In this document: positions 14,030 through 26,680 of the stretch, one piece after another | How positions within the stretch are numbered: position 1 is the stretch's first letter | How the letters are laid out: the number at the start of each line of letters is the position of its first letter | Assembly (NCBI GenBank): GCA_951406725.2 | Contig: OX597833.1 | Location: 50,468,001 to 50,532,000, forward strand | From: Octopus vulgaris | Taxonomy: Eukaryota | Direction: 5' to 3' | Length of the DNA: 64,000 bases | Notes under the pieces: generated by a model | What the model was told of the DNA's origin: nothing | The model's database searches: none | What the model saw: the letters and a program-made list of their open reading frames with translations, nothing else | Position numbers and translations under genes: made by a program

Positions 14030-14370
14030 CTTTCTTATTTATTTACTGCCCACAAGGGGCTACACACAGAGGGGACAAACAAGGACAGACAAACGGATTA
14101 AGTCGATTATATCGACCCCAGTGCGTAACTGGTACTTATTTAATCGACCCCGAAAGGATGATGGGCAAAGTCGGCCTCGGCGGAATTTGAACTTAGAACG
14201 TAACGGCAGACGAAATACCTATTCCTTTAGTGCCCACAAGGGGCTAAACACAGAGAGGACAAGCAAGGACAGACAAACGGATTAAGTCGATTATATCGAC
14301 CCCAGTGCGTAACTGGTACTTATTTAATCTATCCCGAAAGGACGAAAGGACGAAAGGCAAAGTCGACCTC
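14030..14370 (-). mobile_element. SINE family B (Nin/Deu-like domain), two tandem units
   Basis: Reverse complement of GCC..TCATCCTTTCGGGGTCGAT.AAATAAGTACCAG, repeated twice. Confidence 0.85.
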
Positions 14371-15122
14371 ATACTTTCTAACGGCTCAATAATATCCTGA
14401 AAATGAGTACGTTTAAGTAATTTACACACAGAAACATGTACATACATATGTATGAATGTATATGTGTATGTGCGGGCTTTTATGTGGAGAAAGTGTGTGT
14501 GCTCGGGCGCCTATGTCCGTGTGTCAATTAAATAAAAATGTACTCCTTTTCTGGATACCACAGATCCGTTGAAAAGCAGATATTTCTATAATTAACAGTA
14601 TCGAAAATATTCACGTGCAATCGATCGATTCCTCCATTTTTTTCTTTTTTCATCTCCGCTTATTTATTTATTTATTTATTTATTTTTTTTTTTGTCTTGC
14701 CACAGCGAAGAACTATTACAGGATATGTTTACATCAGAACTTAGATGCCTGTAGCATTCATCAAGGAAAAAAGGAAGAGCTGCAGTTATTTCGTAGGAGA
14801 AAAAAAAAAAAAAAACCATACTAACTTTCGGAATCAATGTACTGACACGTTTTGCAATCGCATGAAATAAAACAAAAACAAAAAGAACAACAAAAAAAAA
14901 ATAAAGAAAAGATATCTATCTTGCTTAGCCAAACAGTATTGCAGCGTCCGTTGAGATGGAGTTGATCAGGTTGAGTTATTTTGTCATCACGGACGACAGT
15001 TGACACAAACACACACACAAACACACACATTTATTTAGATTTATATATATATATACATATCGAAATGTGTGTGCTTATATATACTGGCTTGTCAGCAAGT
15101 CCGAAAGGAACCACACACATGC

Positions 15123-15188
<66 letters not shown>

Positions 15189-15330
15189 ATATATATGTGT
15201 GTGTTTGTTTATGTATGCACGTGTATATATATATATATATGCATGTATATATATGTATGTATGTATATATATATATGTGTGTTTGTTTATGTATGCACGT
15301 GTATATATTTATATATATATGTATATATGC

Positions 15331-15395
<65 letters not shown>

Positions 15396-15442
15396 CATAT
15401 GTAATGTCTGTAGTTCTTTTCTGACATACGGATAACTAGCCG

Positions 15443-15497
<55 letters not shown>

Positions 15498-15777
15498 ACA
15501 TTATATTCCATATTATATATTGGACAGTGTGTTTGGTTATAATTTGAGAAATGTTATTTGATCTGCCTGCATTTCTGTGATGCTACACATTACAAGCGGA
15601 TTTTGCCAAGTGTAATTAGGATCTAAGAGCAGACACAGCGAGCGAAAATAAGGAAGTATGTCCTGTCATACATTTACAGTATATTAGCATCTTACACTAA
15701 TGTAAAATGTTCTATTCTACGCTTGAGATGGTTGCAACCAAAGACGAATACACTCAATCACTGCACTTAAAACCACA

Positions 15778-15809
<32 letters not shown>

Positions 15810-15812
<3 letters not shown>

Positions 15813-16010
15813 AGAGTTTACGAAAAAACAAAAGACGAAGACAGGTGGTGTACAAAACAAACAGATGTATTAGTATAACGCTCAGGAATAGAAAAAGTCT
15901 TTTACGTTTCGTGCCTACGCTCTTCTACAGAAAGGGACACAGAAAAAAACAAGGAGAGAAACGAGGAGAGAAAAAAATGTGTGTCGTGATTAACGATCTA
16001 TCATGGCGAC
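15810..16010 (-). mobile_element. pLTR-like module in (TA)n with minimal hammerhead at 15898-15935
   Basis: Minus strand CTTT-CTGTAGA-A-GAGC-GTAG-GCAC-GAAACGTA-AAAG; (TA)n on both sides. Confidence 0.7.
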
Positions 16011-16123
16011 TATATATATATATATGTATATATATGTATTTATATATTGTATATAATAGTACTCATATATATACTTATATATACACACACACATATATAC
16101 ATTTATGTATATATATATAAATA

Positions 16124-16945
16124 ATGGCGGAGGATAAATTGTCACCATTCTACATCTTTAATTTCACGCATGCATATTGTTTGTTTTTGATTTTGTCGAT
16201 TACAAAGTATAGTAGGGTCAGTTGGGCACCGTCAGTGAAGAAAACAGCACTATGGCGCAATCCACGCTGCCAGAAATTTGGAAACGATATTCTGCTTGGC
16301 ATTCACGCACATGCATATACGAAAATTTCAGAGTGCTTGGGTGTCAATCTGAGGACAGTGATGAAAATTCGGAAAAAGTTGGATGAGTCTAATGGTGATT
16401 ACGAAGGCACGGCAGCTCGGAAAACTCACTCTGATCGTTCTGATAAGAAAAGTACGCCTGAATTTGTTGGCCACAACCAGGCCATAATTGATAACGTTAT
16501 GGGTATGTCTGAGATTCTTATCAGGCAGGCAGTGCATGAACACCTTTGGTATTCCTCATACAAGATGAGAAAGGGCCAATTTTTCTCCCAAACTATCAAG
16601 GACAAGAGGAAAGACCGCACTACGAAGCTTTTGAACAAACTCAAGCAGGCCCTCCAACCCAACATGTTTTTATTTTTCTCAGACGAGGAAAATTTCTGCC
16701 AGGATCAGATGGTGAACACACAGAAGAACCGTTAGCTTGCCGTGTCTCCAAAAAAATGTGCTGAGAGTGATAAAAATCAAACATCTAGTCAACATCATGG
16801 TGTTTCGTGTGATCACTAGGTGTTAAGTCTCCTTTTATCTTCCCATACAACCTCAGACTCAACACGAAGGCTTACATCAAATGCCTGGAGGAGGTAGTGC
16901 TGCCCTGGGTTAAGAGGGTGACTGCTGGAAAACCCTATGTCTGTC
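16124..16945 (+). pseudogene. Decayed Tc1/mariner-superfamily transposase (maT/DD37D-like)
   Basis: HTH-like region ISECLGVNLRTVMKIRKKL, first catalytic motif FFSDEENFCQDQMVNTQKNR, stop, then IMVF.VIT; stops and truncation. Confidence 0.8.
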
Positions 16946-16949
16946 AACA

Positions 16950-17106
16950 TAAGATAAAAACTTATTTGGCCGATGACACTACATGGACCCAGAGTAAGGT
17001 ATGTGTAAAATTTGAATGAAATTGGTTGTGTAGTTCTCAAATTTTAGGGATTCACACAGACAGAGAAACAGACAGACACGCTTTCTCATCTTTATATATA
17101 TAGATA
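16950..17106 (-). mobile_element. Non-autonomous Helitron 5' portion
   Basis: Minus strand begins A|TCTATATATATAAAG followed by a (GTCT)n-like tract, typical of non-autonomous Helitrons. Confidence 0.55.
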
Positions 17107-17282
17107 CCGATCAAATCAAATGGCAGCATGGAAAGAAAAAAAAGCATATTATTTATAATGATAATTAAAATTATATATAAGGGTATCTCAGCACTCTATG
17201 TTGTTTTAGCGTCAGGTTTTGACTGCAATTTCAAACTTGTTGGTATCTCTTAGATACCATTATATATAATTATATATATATA

Positions 17283-17625
17283 TGGCTGTGGTAAATAGCT
17301 TGCTTACCAACCACATGGCTCCGGGTCCAGTACCTCGGTGTGGCATGTTGGGCAAGTTTCTTCTACTATAGCCTCTGGCCGGCCAAAGCCTTGTGGGTGG
17401 ATTTGGTAGACGGAAACTGAAAGAAGCATGTCGTATATATGTATGTGTTTCTGTGTCTGTGTTTGTCCTCCCACCATTACTTGACAACCGAAGTTGGTGT
17501 GTTCATATTCCCCGTAACTTAGCAGTTCGGCAAAGAGACCAATAGATTAAATACTAGGCTTACAAAGAATAAGTCCTGGGGTAAATTTTTTCAAATGGCT
17601 GAAACAAATAAAAGAATAAAAGAAT
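17283..17625 (+). mobile_element. SINE family A
   Basis: Head, body and partly deleted tail match the other copies. Confidence 0.85.
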
Positions 17626-17940
17626 ATATCACACACACCCACGTATATTTATAAATACATTCGCACATACAAACTGAACTGAAAAACAGTCTCGTATTCG
17701 CACACATCCCTGAATTGCTTATATCATTGAACATTCAGAATATTTCTATGCCTCGCTTATCACACCCATAGTAAACATCCTAAATTTAGCAATTTGTTTG
17801 ATTTCCTTTGAGATATTCCTGTATGAATTATCCAACAGAATATATATTTTCTATTCAAAGCTAATCCTCTAGTCACGACATTATACTGAAATATTCGCAA
17901 TCATAAGTTAAAATAATATCCTCCTTAATTTTTATATCTA

Positions 17941-18076
<136 letters not shown>

Positions 18077-18725
18077 TGCATGAAATAGAATTGCACGATA
18101 GAGCGTTGAGTATAATGCGTGTACGTACGTGGGGAGATATCTTCGCTGCGGGAAACTTCCTATGGGATGGTTCTGGGCGGACTTTCTGCTCTTAGATGAT
18201 CCGATGACATCATTCATAGCCCATTGTGTTTCCACATATGTTCTCTAAGAGGTAATGTTACTCGCGGGACTAATTCCACAGCAAGTGGTCTCCCCATGTT
18301 CGAATGTAATCAAGCGTATTAAATAATCTTGCACACACACACACACGCACACACATTCATACATACAGACGTATATATATATATATATATATGTATGCTT
18401 ATATATATATATATATATATATGCATACACATATATATGTTTATGCAAACCCTGATACACTTACGCGCACACGCACGCACGCACGCACGCACGCACACGC
18501 ACGCACGCACGTAGATACTCACGCTGGCACACCCACGCACCCACACATACGTATAAACGCACACACAACCACACACACAAACACACACACGCATATATAT
18601 ATGTTTATGCAAACACACATATACGCACACGTATACATACGCTCGCACACAGTGCACACCCACACATACATATATACATACAGACATACACACACACATA
18701 TGTATATACTTAGACATAAATACAT

Positions 18726-18796
<71 letters not shown>

Positions 18797-19129
18797 TATT
18801 CAAACACAGATACACGCACACGAAAACACACGCGCACGCAGATACGCTAGCATAATCACTCACTCACACAGACACATATACACACAAACACACACACATA
18901 CACACTCACACACAAATATATGTGTGTTTATGCAAACACACATATACGCACACATACACATACGCCACACACGCAGGCACACACACACACACACACACAA
19001 CGATAAGAATTGAAAACTGTAGTTTGTGATGATATTTTTCCTTTCTTAGTTGACAATTGTTTCAACGATTCCAAGCTGACTAATCTGCCTTATATTCATT
19101 AAGATGCACGTTATTAATGAATTAGTCAC

Positions 19130-19540
19130 CAGTGGCGTAGCTAGGGTAAACTGTACCCCGAGCAAACCACAAAAATGCCTCCCCCCAGCAATTACAAAAT
19201 CCATGATATTATACAGTACTTATTTGTTACAAGTAATGTTTTAAAGCAATATTTTAGGAATAAATAATTTGTCAGGGTTCATTTACTTGCCGGTTAGGTA
19301 CAGTCTGTAATTCAAAATATATATTTTTTGATGTCTAGTTTTACGAAACTTCCTTATTTCAACCATTTAATGCACCAGCTTCCTCGATTGAAACCTTAAA
19401 AAACCTAATGTGTGAAATGAGATGTAATAAAAATAATACAATTGTTTAAAGTATCCTCGTTCTTGCTTTTGATGAGGCGCCTCCTCTTCAATCGGCGCCC
19501 GGGGCACGGGCCCCCTTGACCCCCACTTGTTACGCTACTG
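19130..19540. mobile_element. hAT-like MITE
   Basis: Imperfect TIRs CAGTGGCGTAGC / GTTACGCTACTG; 8-bp near-identical flanks TTAGTCAC (19122-19129) and CTAGTCAT (19541-19548). Confidence 0.75.
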
Positions 19541-19573
19541 CTAGTCATATATCGTAAATATAAGAAACATCAA

Positions 19574-19960
19574 AGGCGGCAAGCTGGCAGAAACGTTAGC
19601 ACGCCGGGCGAAACGTTAGCAGTATTTCGTCTGCCGTTACGTTCTGAGTTCAAATTCCGCCGAGATCGACTTTGCCTTTCATCCTTTCGGGTTCGATTAA
19701 ATAAGTACCAGTTACGCATTGGGGTCGATGTAATCGAATTAATCCGTGTGTCTGTCCTTGTTTGTCCCCTCTGTGTTTAGCCCCTTGTGGGCAATAAAGA
19801 AATAGGAAACGTTAGTACGCCGGGCGAAAAGCTTAGTGGTATTTCGTCTGTGTTTACGTTTTGGGGTCGATAAATTAAGTACAAGTTGCGTAGTGGGGTC
19901 GACCTAATCGACTGGTCCCCTCTCAAAAAATCGGATATTGTGCCTGGATTAGAAGAAGAA
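19574..19960 (+). mobile_element. SINE family B (Nin/Deu-like) with partial tandem second unit
   Basis: GGCGGCAAGCTGGCAGAAACGTTAG...GAGTTCAAATTCC...GCCTTTCATCCTTTCGGG...AAGTACCAG. Confidence 0.85.
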
Positions 19961-20767
19961 TATGCTAGTTGAAGGATTGCAGTGATAATTGTAGCTTTCA
20001 TACTGGTTGTGGTATTGATAATAAACGTTGGTTTGGAGCTGTGCGTGACTAGGTAGTGGTCCTGGAAAAGTGACTTCAGTTGTAGTTCTTATGCTAAGGA
20101 GAATGATGCTAATAGTGGAAGGATTGCAACAACAGAGGCGCACAATTGACATTGAAGTCCACAAGGCTTGTCAGCGAAGAACACTCCTGGCCTCAACTGT
20201 TAGGATATTCAGTTATACTTTTTAGCAAAATTACTTACTTGCTCTTTACTCACCTTGAATTTTTATTACTTACCTGCTTTTGATTCACCTTGTGGATAAT
20301 ACTGGACTGGCTATGTGCATCAACTTAAGTACCTTATTCAACTGATTCTTAATTATTTATATATTTACATACACATATATGTACACTTGCGTCAGAAATT
20401 AATTAGCACTTCTCAAATTTCTACATTAAATAGGTTAAATCAATTAACCTATGAGCTGTTCAAAACGTCTTACGCGATGAGAAAACTTAGTATGGTGTGA
20501 TTTCGGTCCTTGCGAGGCGCTACCTATATCTATTAAACAAAGGAAGATTTGTCTGCATCCGCACTCCAATTTGTTGCACTGCTATGTCAACATCATAAGG
20601 CTGTAGACTCTCAAACTGCTCTGCAAACAAAGTTACGTCATCGTTCTGCGCAACAGTGAACTTTCAACAAAGCAATAGTTCGAGATATGGCCACTAGGTG
20701 ACAGCACATACCTTGAGTGAAGAGCAAATCAAGGGTGCTAATTAATTTCTGACGGTAGTGTATGTAT

Positions 20768-20801
<34 letters not shown>

Positions 20802-20802
<1 letters not shown>

Positions 20803-21078
20803 CAATTGCAGCGTGGAAGGTGTTTATAAGCCATTTAAGAAACACACAAAAAACGTTAGATTCACTTCAACATTTAAATTTAATTTGTCAAAATATTTTC
20901 GTCGCTTTGAGACCGTGACCTGTTCACTGATGCAGCAGGAATTTTGTCAGTGAACAGGTCGCGGTCTCAAAGCGACGAAAATATTTTGATGACAAATTAA
21001 ATTTAAATGTTGAAGTGAATCGAACGTTTTTGTGTCTTTCTTAAATGGCTTATAAAAAACCTTCCACGCTGCAATTGT
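20802..21078. repeat. ~130-bp-arm inverted repeat (fold-back pLTR-like module)
   Basis: ACAATTGCAGCGTGGAAGG...TGTTCACTGA / TCAGTGAACA...CCTTCCACGCTGCAATTGT, 16-nt spacer, microsatellites on both sides. Confidence 0.95.
20943..20996 (+). ncRNA. Putative minimal type-I hammerhead ribozyme, G3:C8 core variant
   Basis: TTTGTCA-GTGAACA-G-GTCGC-(9 nt)-GCGAC-GAAA-ATAT-TT|(TGA)TGACAAA. Confidence 0.6.
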
Positions 21079-21138
21079 TTTCGTTCCAGCAAACGATCTC
21101 AGATCAAGTCACTTGCTATGCAAGTACATTTCCGTAAT

Positions 21139-21208
<70 letters not shown>

Positions 21209-22276
21209 GCATACACGCATGTAAATATACATATCCTTTCACGTAAATATACAGAGAGAGAAAGAGAGAGAGGAAGGGATCGAAAGAGCAATCAAGTGAA
21301 CAGTTTCAGAATAGTGTTTATGCATTAAATAAATAACTTGGTTATAATTTTCATTTTATTCTATCTTATTGGGGTTAACATTTAATATATTCTCGAAAAC
21401 AATTTAATAAAGCTGTTTGATTTCTATTGAAAGTTGTTCGGTCAAATTCTGAAAACCTTAAAAATATGGTGACACTTAATCGTTTAAGAGTGCATTTCAC
21501 CCCAGGCGTCTAAGATTTTTTTTTAATTATGTCGTTTTAAAATAACTACTTTGGATTCTAATGTTTGAACGTCGGAGATTTCAGAAAGTGAAAAACATTT
21601 CAAATTTGAAATTTTTCCCTGAAAATAACGTAAAAAGTACATAAAAAAGCAATTATGAAAAAATCACTCCCTTACTTAAGAAACGGTATTTATGTATCAA
21701 TTTCACGGATACGGAACATACATGTCTTGTAATAGCTGTATTAGTTTTTTTAAAATAATGAAAGTTCTGTGTATTTAATTATGAAAGTATTAGCATTGTA
21801 CTCTTTCACATTTTGAAAATTAAAAAGTCTTGTTGTTTCAATTTATTAAGGATGAAAATTTAATTACAATTTCACAAAAGAAATATATTTATATACATCA
21901 AATGCAAACAAAATATATAGTATTATATACGCAAAAAAATATTTTTTGCATGTGGAAACATACATGTATTATAAAGAAAAAGCATCGAAAGCAGACATAA
22001 TTTTCTGAAATAAATTCGTTTCTGAGTCAGAAATTCTGACAAAATTAAAAAAAAAAAAAAAAAGAAATTAGGGAACTGCATATTGCGAAGCTCTGATATT
22101 TAAATCTTAAAAAAATAAAAAGGTTAAAAAGTGCCTTGCAAGTGCATGTTTAAACGAAATGGTGTAAAATTAGCTGACATATGAATTTTAAAATTGTGAA
22201 GAGCAGCATCTTAATGTAATACTGCATAAATCTGTCCCTAGTTTCAACGTAATATGTATATTTGATGTACTGCGTT

Positions 22277-22630
22277 TACCGTAAATCCTCGAGTATTATC
22301 CACATTTTTTCCTCAAAATTTAAAGGTCAAAATCCCTAGTGCGTACTATATACAGGGTTTAAAATGAAAATTATTTTCTAAGCAATGTCCGAGTCTCTAT
22401 TTGCTGTGAGGCAATGTTTATTCAGACGTATTTTGTGATGTCGGGCGCTAAAATAACGTAAGCTAAGCCTGAAAGCAAGGAAGTCATAAAAGAATCACCC
22501 ATAACTTGCAGTAAGCAACATTTATTAAACGTTATTACTGTTATTTCTTTATTTTCTGCAAACAAAATGCACAAAAAAGCTACACGTTTGCATCATGCTA
22601 TATATACAATAATAATAAAGGACGTTCGTA
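22277..22630. mobile_element. Tc1/mariner (pogo/Tc2-like) non-autonomous element, one end only
   Basis: TA|CCGTAAATCCTCGAGTATT terminus resembles TA-CCGTA-type TIRs; second TIR not found. Confidence 0.4.
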
Positions 22631-22631
22631 T

Positions 22632-22707
<76 letters not shown>

Positions 22708-22730
22708 ATATCTATCTATCTATCTATCTA

Positions 22731-22765
<35 letters not shown>

Positions 22766-22769
22766 GTGT

Positions 22770-22990
22770 GTTTGTGTGTGCGTGTGTTTCTGTGTTTGCC
22801 CCCTCACCATCGCTTGACAACAGGTGCTGGTGTGTTTAAGGCCCCCGTAACTTAGCGGTTCGGCAAGAGACCGATAGAATAAGTACCAGGCTTACAAAGA
22901 ATAAGTCCTGGGTCGATTTGTTCGACTAAAGGTGGTGCTCCAGCATGGTCGCAGTCAAATGACTGAAACCAATTAAAGAATTAAAAGATA
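22770..22990 (+). mobile_element. SINE family A 3' half
   Basis: Tail match after a (TCTA)n/(TA)n tract. Confidence 0.85.
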
Positions 22991-23206
22991 AATGAATATC
23001 GAAGATCAATCAGCTTAAAAAGAATTATTTTATAGCTTATGGTTAGCAGATCTGGCTGCTAAGCATGCGAATGAAGATCCCAAATTAGGAAATGGACAAA
23101 AAAGAATCCAGACTACATGTTTCATAGCTAGCAGAACCTCGAAGTAGTAACTGCCTAACCGAGGGAGTAATCCGTTAGCTACGCGTCGGGCTAAAGATAC
23201 CTTTAG

Positions 23207-23258
<52 letters not shown>

Positions 23259-23403
23259 TAGGTAAATGAATTATCCTAGTATGGATAATTCGGTTAACCG
23301 ATTCCTGGGTAGCAAATTCACGTCAGAAAACATGGTTGTGGACACCATGTGGGCAGTCATCTAAAAGTTTTTGTTCGTCATGATGCTGACACAGGTTCCT
23401 TGT

Positions 23404-23486
23404 CTTTCCTGATGAGAAGGCGGCATAATGCACCCTTTATTCCTTCGGAATTAAGAATATGCAGTCTTCGAAACATATGTCGAGAG
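23404..23486 (+). ncRNA. Type-I hammerhead ribozyme with canonical core
   Basis: Stem I CTTTC/GAGAG; CTGATGA; stem II GAAGGC/GTCTTC extended by GCATA/TATGC; GAAAC-ATAT-GTC with palindromic stem III; predicted cleavage after C23481. Confidence 0.8.
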
Positions 23487-23559
23487 TAAAGGAATTTTGT
23501 TAAAATCGTCGTTCGACTCCATTCTTTCATTTATTCATACATGTATATATATATATAGT

Positions 23560-23760
23560 CTTTTGTTCTTTTGCTTGTTTCAGTCATCTCATTGCGGCCA
23601 CGCTGGAGTACCGCCTTTAGTCGAACAAATCGACTCAAGGACTTTCATTTTTAATCTTAGTACTTAATCTATCGTCCTCTCCTACCCAACCGCTAAGTTA
23701 CGGGGATGTAAACACACCAATATCTGCTGTCAAGATGGTTGGTGGACAAACACACGCAAA
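23560..23760 (-). mobile_element. SINE family A 3' half
   Basis: Reverse-complement tail match. Confidence 0.8.
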
Positions 23761-23768
23761 CATTAAAA

Positions 23769-23823
<55 letters not shown>

Positions 23824-24634
23824 GTATTTATGTATGTATATATATATAATGCAGTTTGGGGGATTAATACATATGAGGGTGCTCACATGATATAAAAATG
23901 TGTACATATGAAGGTAAACTCGAGGAATCTATTTGCACATCACAAAATAATACTTTATAGACTTGACTTTATAACTTTGATAAATGTATACTAATTCATC
24001 TTTATAATGTATAATCTATACTTTATAATTATTAATTTAACACTTAATTTTAAGGTGATGTAAAATTCGATCAAAAATATTTTGAAAAATAAACTGAAGA
24101 TGAGTTGGTAGAATTGTAAAGATGATGATTACATATATGTATTTATATATGTATATATTATAATCATCCAATACTGAAACACGTGTAGTTCCTTCATAAT
24201 TGATAAGTCTAATTTCAACTGAAGTAGGAGATAATTAAGGAAGTATGTTTTATACCCTGCTGGTATATAGGATATATATTTTAAAGTATTATTTTGCGAT
24301 CTGCAAATGGAAGCCACGAGTATAACTTCAGATATACTCATTAGATTATGTTTTTGTATTATCTGAAATAGAATACCTGCATACCTATTAATCCCCAAAA
24401 CTGAATTATTATTGATTTATATTATATATTTTGTATATTTCTATATAAATATATGATAAGCAAGAATCCCACTGTGCGATATGCAGATGCATGAAACGCT
24501 AAAGTGTTGCACCTGATTGATTTGGAATATTTTTCCCAAATTATTTATATATATATATATATACATATATAAATATACGCATAAATATATATACATATAT
24601 ATATATATACATACATACATATTATATAGATTTT

Positions 24635-24665
<31 letters not shown>

Positions 24666-24762
24666 ACGGGAAGGTTTACGAAAATAAACAAAAGACGAAG
24701 GCAGGTGGAGTACAAACAAACAAATGTATTAGTATGGCGCTCAGGAATAGATATAGAAAAAG

Positions 24763-24800
24763 TCTTTTACGTTTCGAGCCTATGCTCTTCTACAGAAAGA
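24763..24800 (-). ncRNA. Minimal hammerhead-like motif, A6U core variant, in pLTR-like module 24665-24840
   Basis: TCTTT-CTGTAGA-A-GAGC-ATAG-GCTC-GAAACGTA|AAAGA; stems I and II perfect, stem III is the ACGT palindrome. Confidence 0.6.
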
Positions 24801-24856
24801 TACACAGAAAAAAAATGCGTGTAGGGGCTAACGATCTCTCTCTCTCTCTCTCTCTC

Positions 24857-24913
<57 letters not shown>

Positions 24914-24918
24914 ATTTA

Positions 24919-25018
<100 letters not shown>

Positions 25019-25991
25019 GATGTGTATGTATATGTATATATTAATGTATATACTATGGGTTTCTTTCTGTTTTTGTTCACCAAACCCATTCACATGGCTT
25101 TGGTCGGCCCGGAGCTATAGTAGAAGACACTTATCTAAGGCACCACCCAGTGTAACTGAACCTACAATAATGTGCTTGGATATTAAGCTTCTTACCACAT
25201 AATCATGTCTGCATCCATCCACACACTTATTCTTCGTTTTGATTCTGAAATTCCGTTGCGACAAAATGTTTTTCAAGTTTTTCACATCTTAACATAGAAA
25301 AATCTGAAATTATTTCTTTTAGAATCTATATCTTATTATAAGTTAGAGTAGTCTTTTCCTACCTATTTTCCCCCGGGCCCTACTATAACTTTCCAGAAAA
25401 TGTATGCCTCACCGGTGATTGGGGGAGCGGGAAATAGAACCAATTATTTTAATATTTTATCACAATTACTTAATGCGAAAGAACCTACCGGCATCTCTTT
25501 TATTATGAATTGAGTGGAGAAAAAAAAACTACATTATTGGATAAGAAAAATCGTGAATTACTTTAATGAGAACCTCGCCACTACGACTGATTTACTTGAT
25601 TTGAAGAGACAATTTTTGTTTAACTTCAGTCGTAGCATTAGAATAGCGTTATATTCTTTTCTACTCAAGGCACAAAGCCCGAAATTTTTGAGGAAGGGGC
25701 CAGTACATTACATCGACCCCAGTACGCAAATCGTACTTAATTTATCGAGTGCGAAAGGATGAAAGACAAAGTCGACCTCGGTGGAATTTGATATAAGCTA
25801 ACCATATAATAAATATACATGTGTAATATCTACAGATTTAATATAACAATCTATAACAAAGTTGACTAAATATCAAATAATATAATACCTAATTAACTTA
25901 AAATTTAATATTACAAATACATAAGCCACGTATATATATATAGGTGGCTTATGTATTTGTAATATTAAATTTTAAGTTAATTAGGTATTAT

Positions 25992-26023
<32 letters not shown>

Positions 26024-26029
26024 TATTGT

Positions 26030-26506
26030 TTTTCCCTGTCCTGTCTTTTACTGTTATATTTTTTTACTCTTTATATCTTTTACTGTTTATTTTTTTACTG
26101 TTTATATTTTTGTGCTGTCGTTACTGTCCTGTTTTTTTACCATTTTTTTACCATTTTTTACCCCTCTGCAAAAAGATCTCAGAATTTTAATTGATTTGCT
26201 TTTCGCAGGAAGGAAAGTTTCTTGTCGAAGATACGTCTCGCTTTTATCCTTCGAAACACAGAGTAGATGAAACCTTAGCGACTGAAGAAGGGGATTTTTC
26301 GTTGTGTTAATTGTCCTGTACTCCATTTTTTGTTGTTTTAAAAAAAATGTCCAGTTCCTTTGGTTTGTGTCTATGTTTTCGTTTCTCTTTGTGTTCGACG
26401 TCCCTTTGGTGTCCTGTACTCATATATGCGTCTATATGTACATGTAGAGGTAGGTACGTACATATATGTTTATATATATGCATATGTTTTATTTCATTTA
26501 TTAATA

Positions 26507-26510
<4 letters not shown>
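26030..26510. mobile_element. pLTR-like repeat family copy (same family as 1-370 and 31970-33263)
   Basis: Colinear similarity including CTGC.AAAAGATCTCAGAATTTTAATTGATTTGCTTTTCGCAG. Confidence 0.8.
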
Positions 26511-26548
<38 letters not shown>

Positions 26549-26645
26549 ATCCAAACATGAAAACACAAAGAGAAAACACAACAGCGCGAGGACGTGGAAC
26601 AAATATAGTATTATTGAACGCTCAGGAAAGAAGGAAAGAAGGATG

Positions 26646-26680
26646 GTTTAACGTTTCGAGCGGAGCTCTTCGTCGGAAAC
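26646..26680 (-). ncRNA. Minimal hammerhead-like motif, U4C variant, in module 26545-26755
   Basis: GTTT-CCGACGA-A-GAGC-TCC-GCTC-GAAACGTT|AAAC. Confidence 0.6.

Noticed and set aside
14704-14800. Plus-strand acceptor-like site TTGCCACAG
   Set aside because: No convincing donor or recognisable peptide.
21483-22215. Kolobok-like MITE bounded by TTAA
   Set aside because: Terminal inverted match is too weak to support a call.
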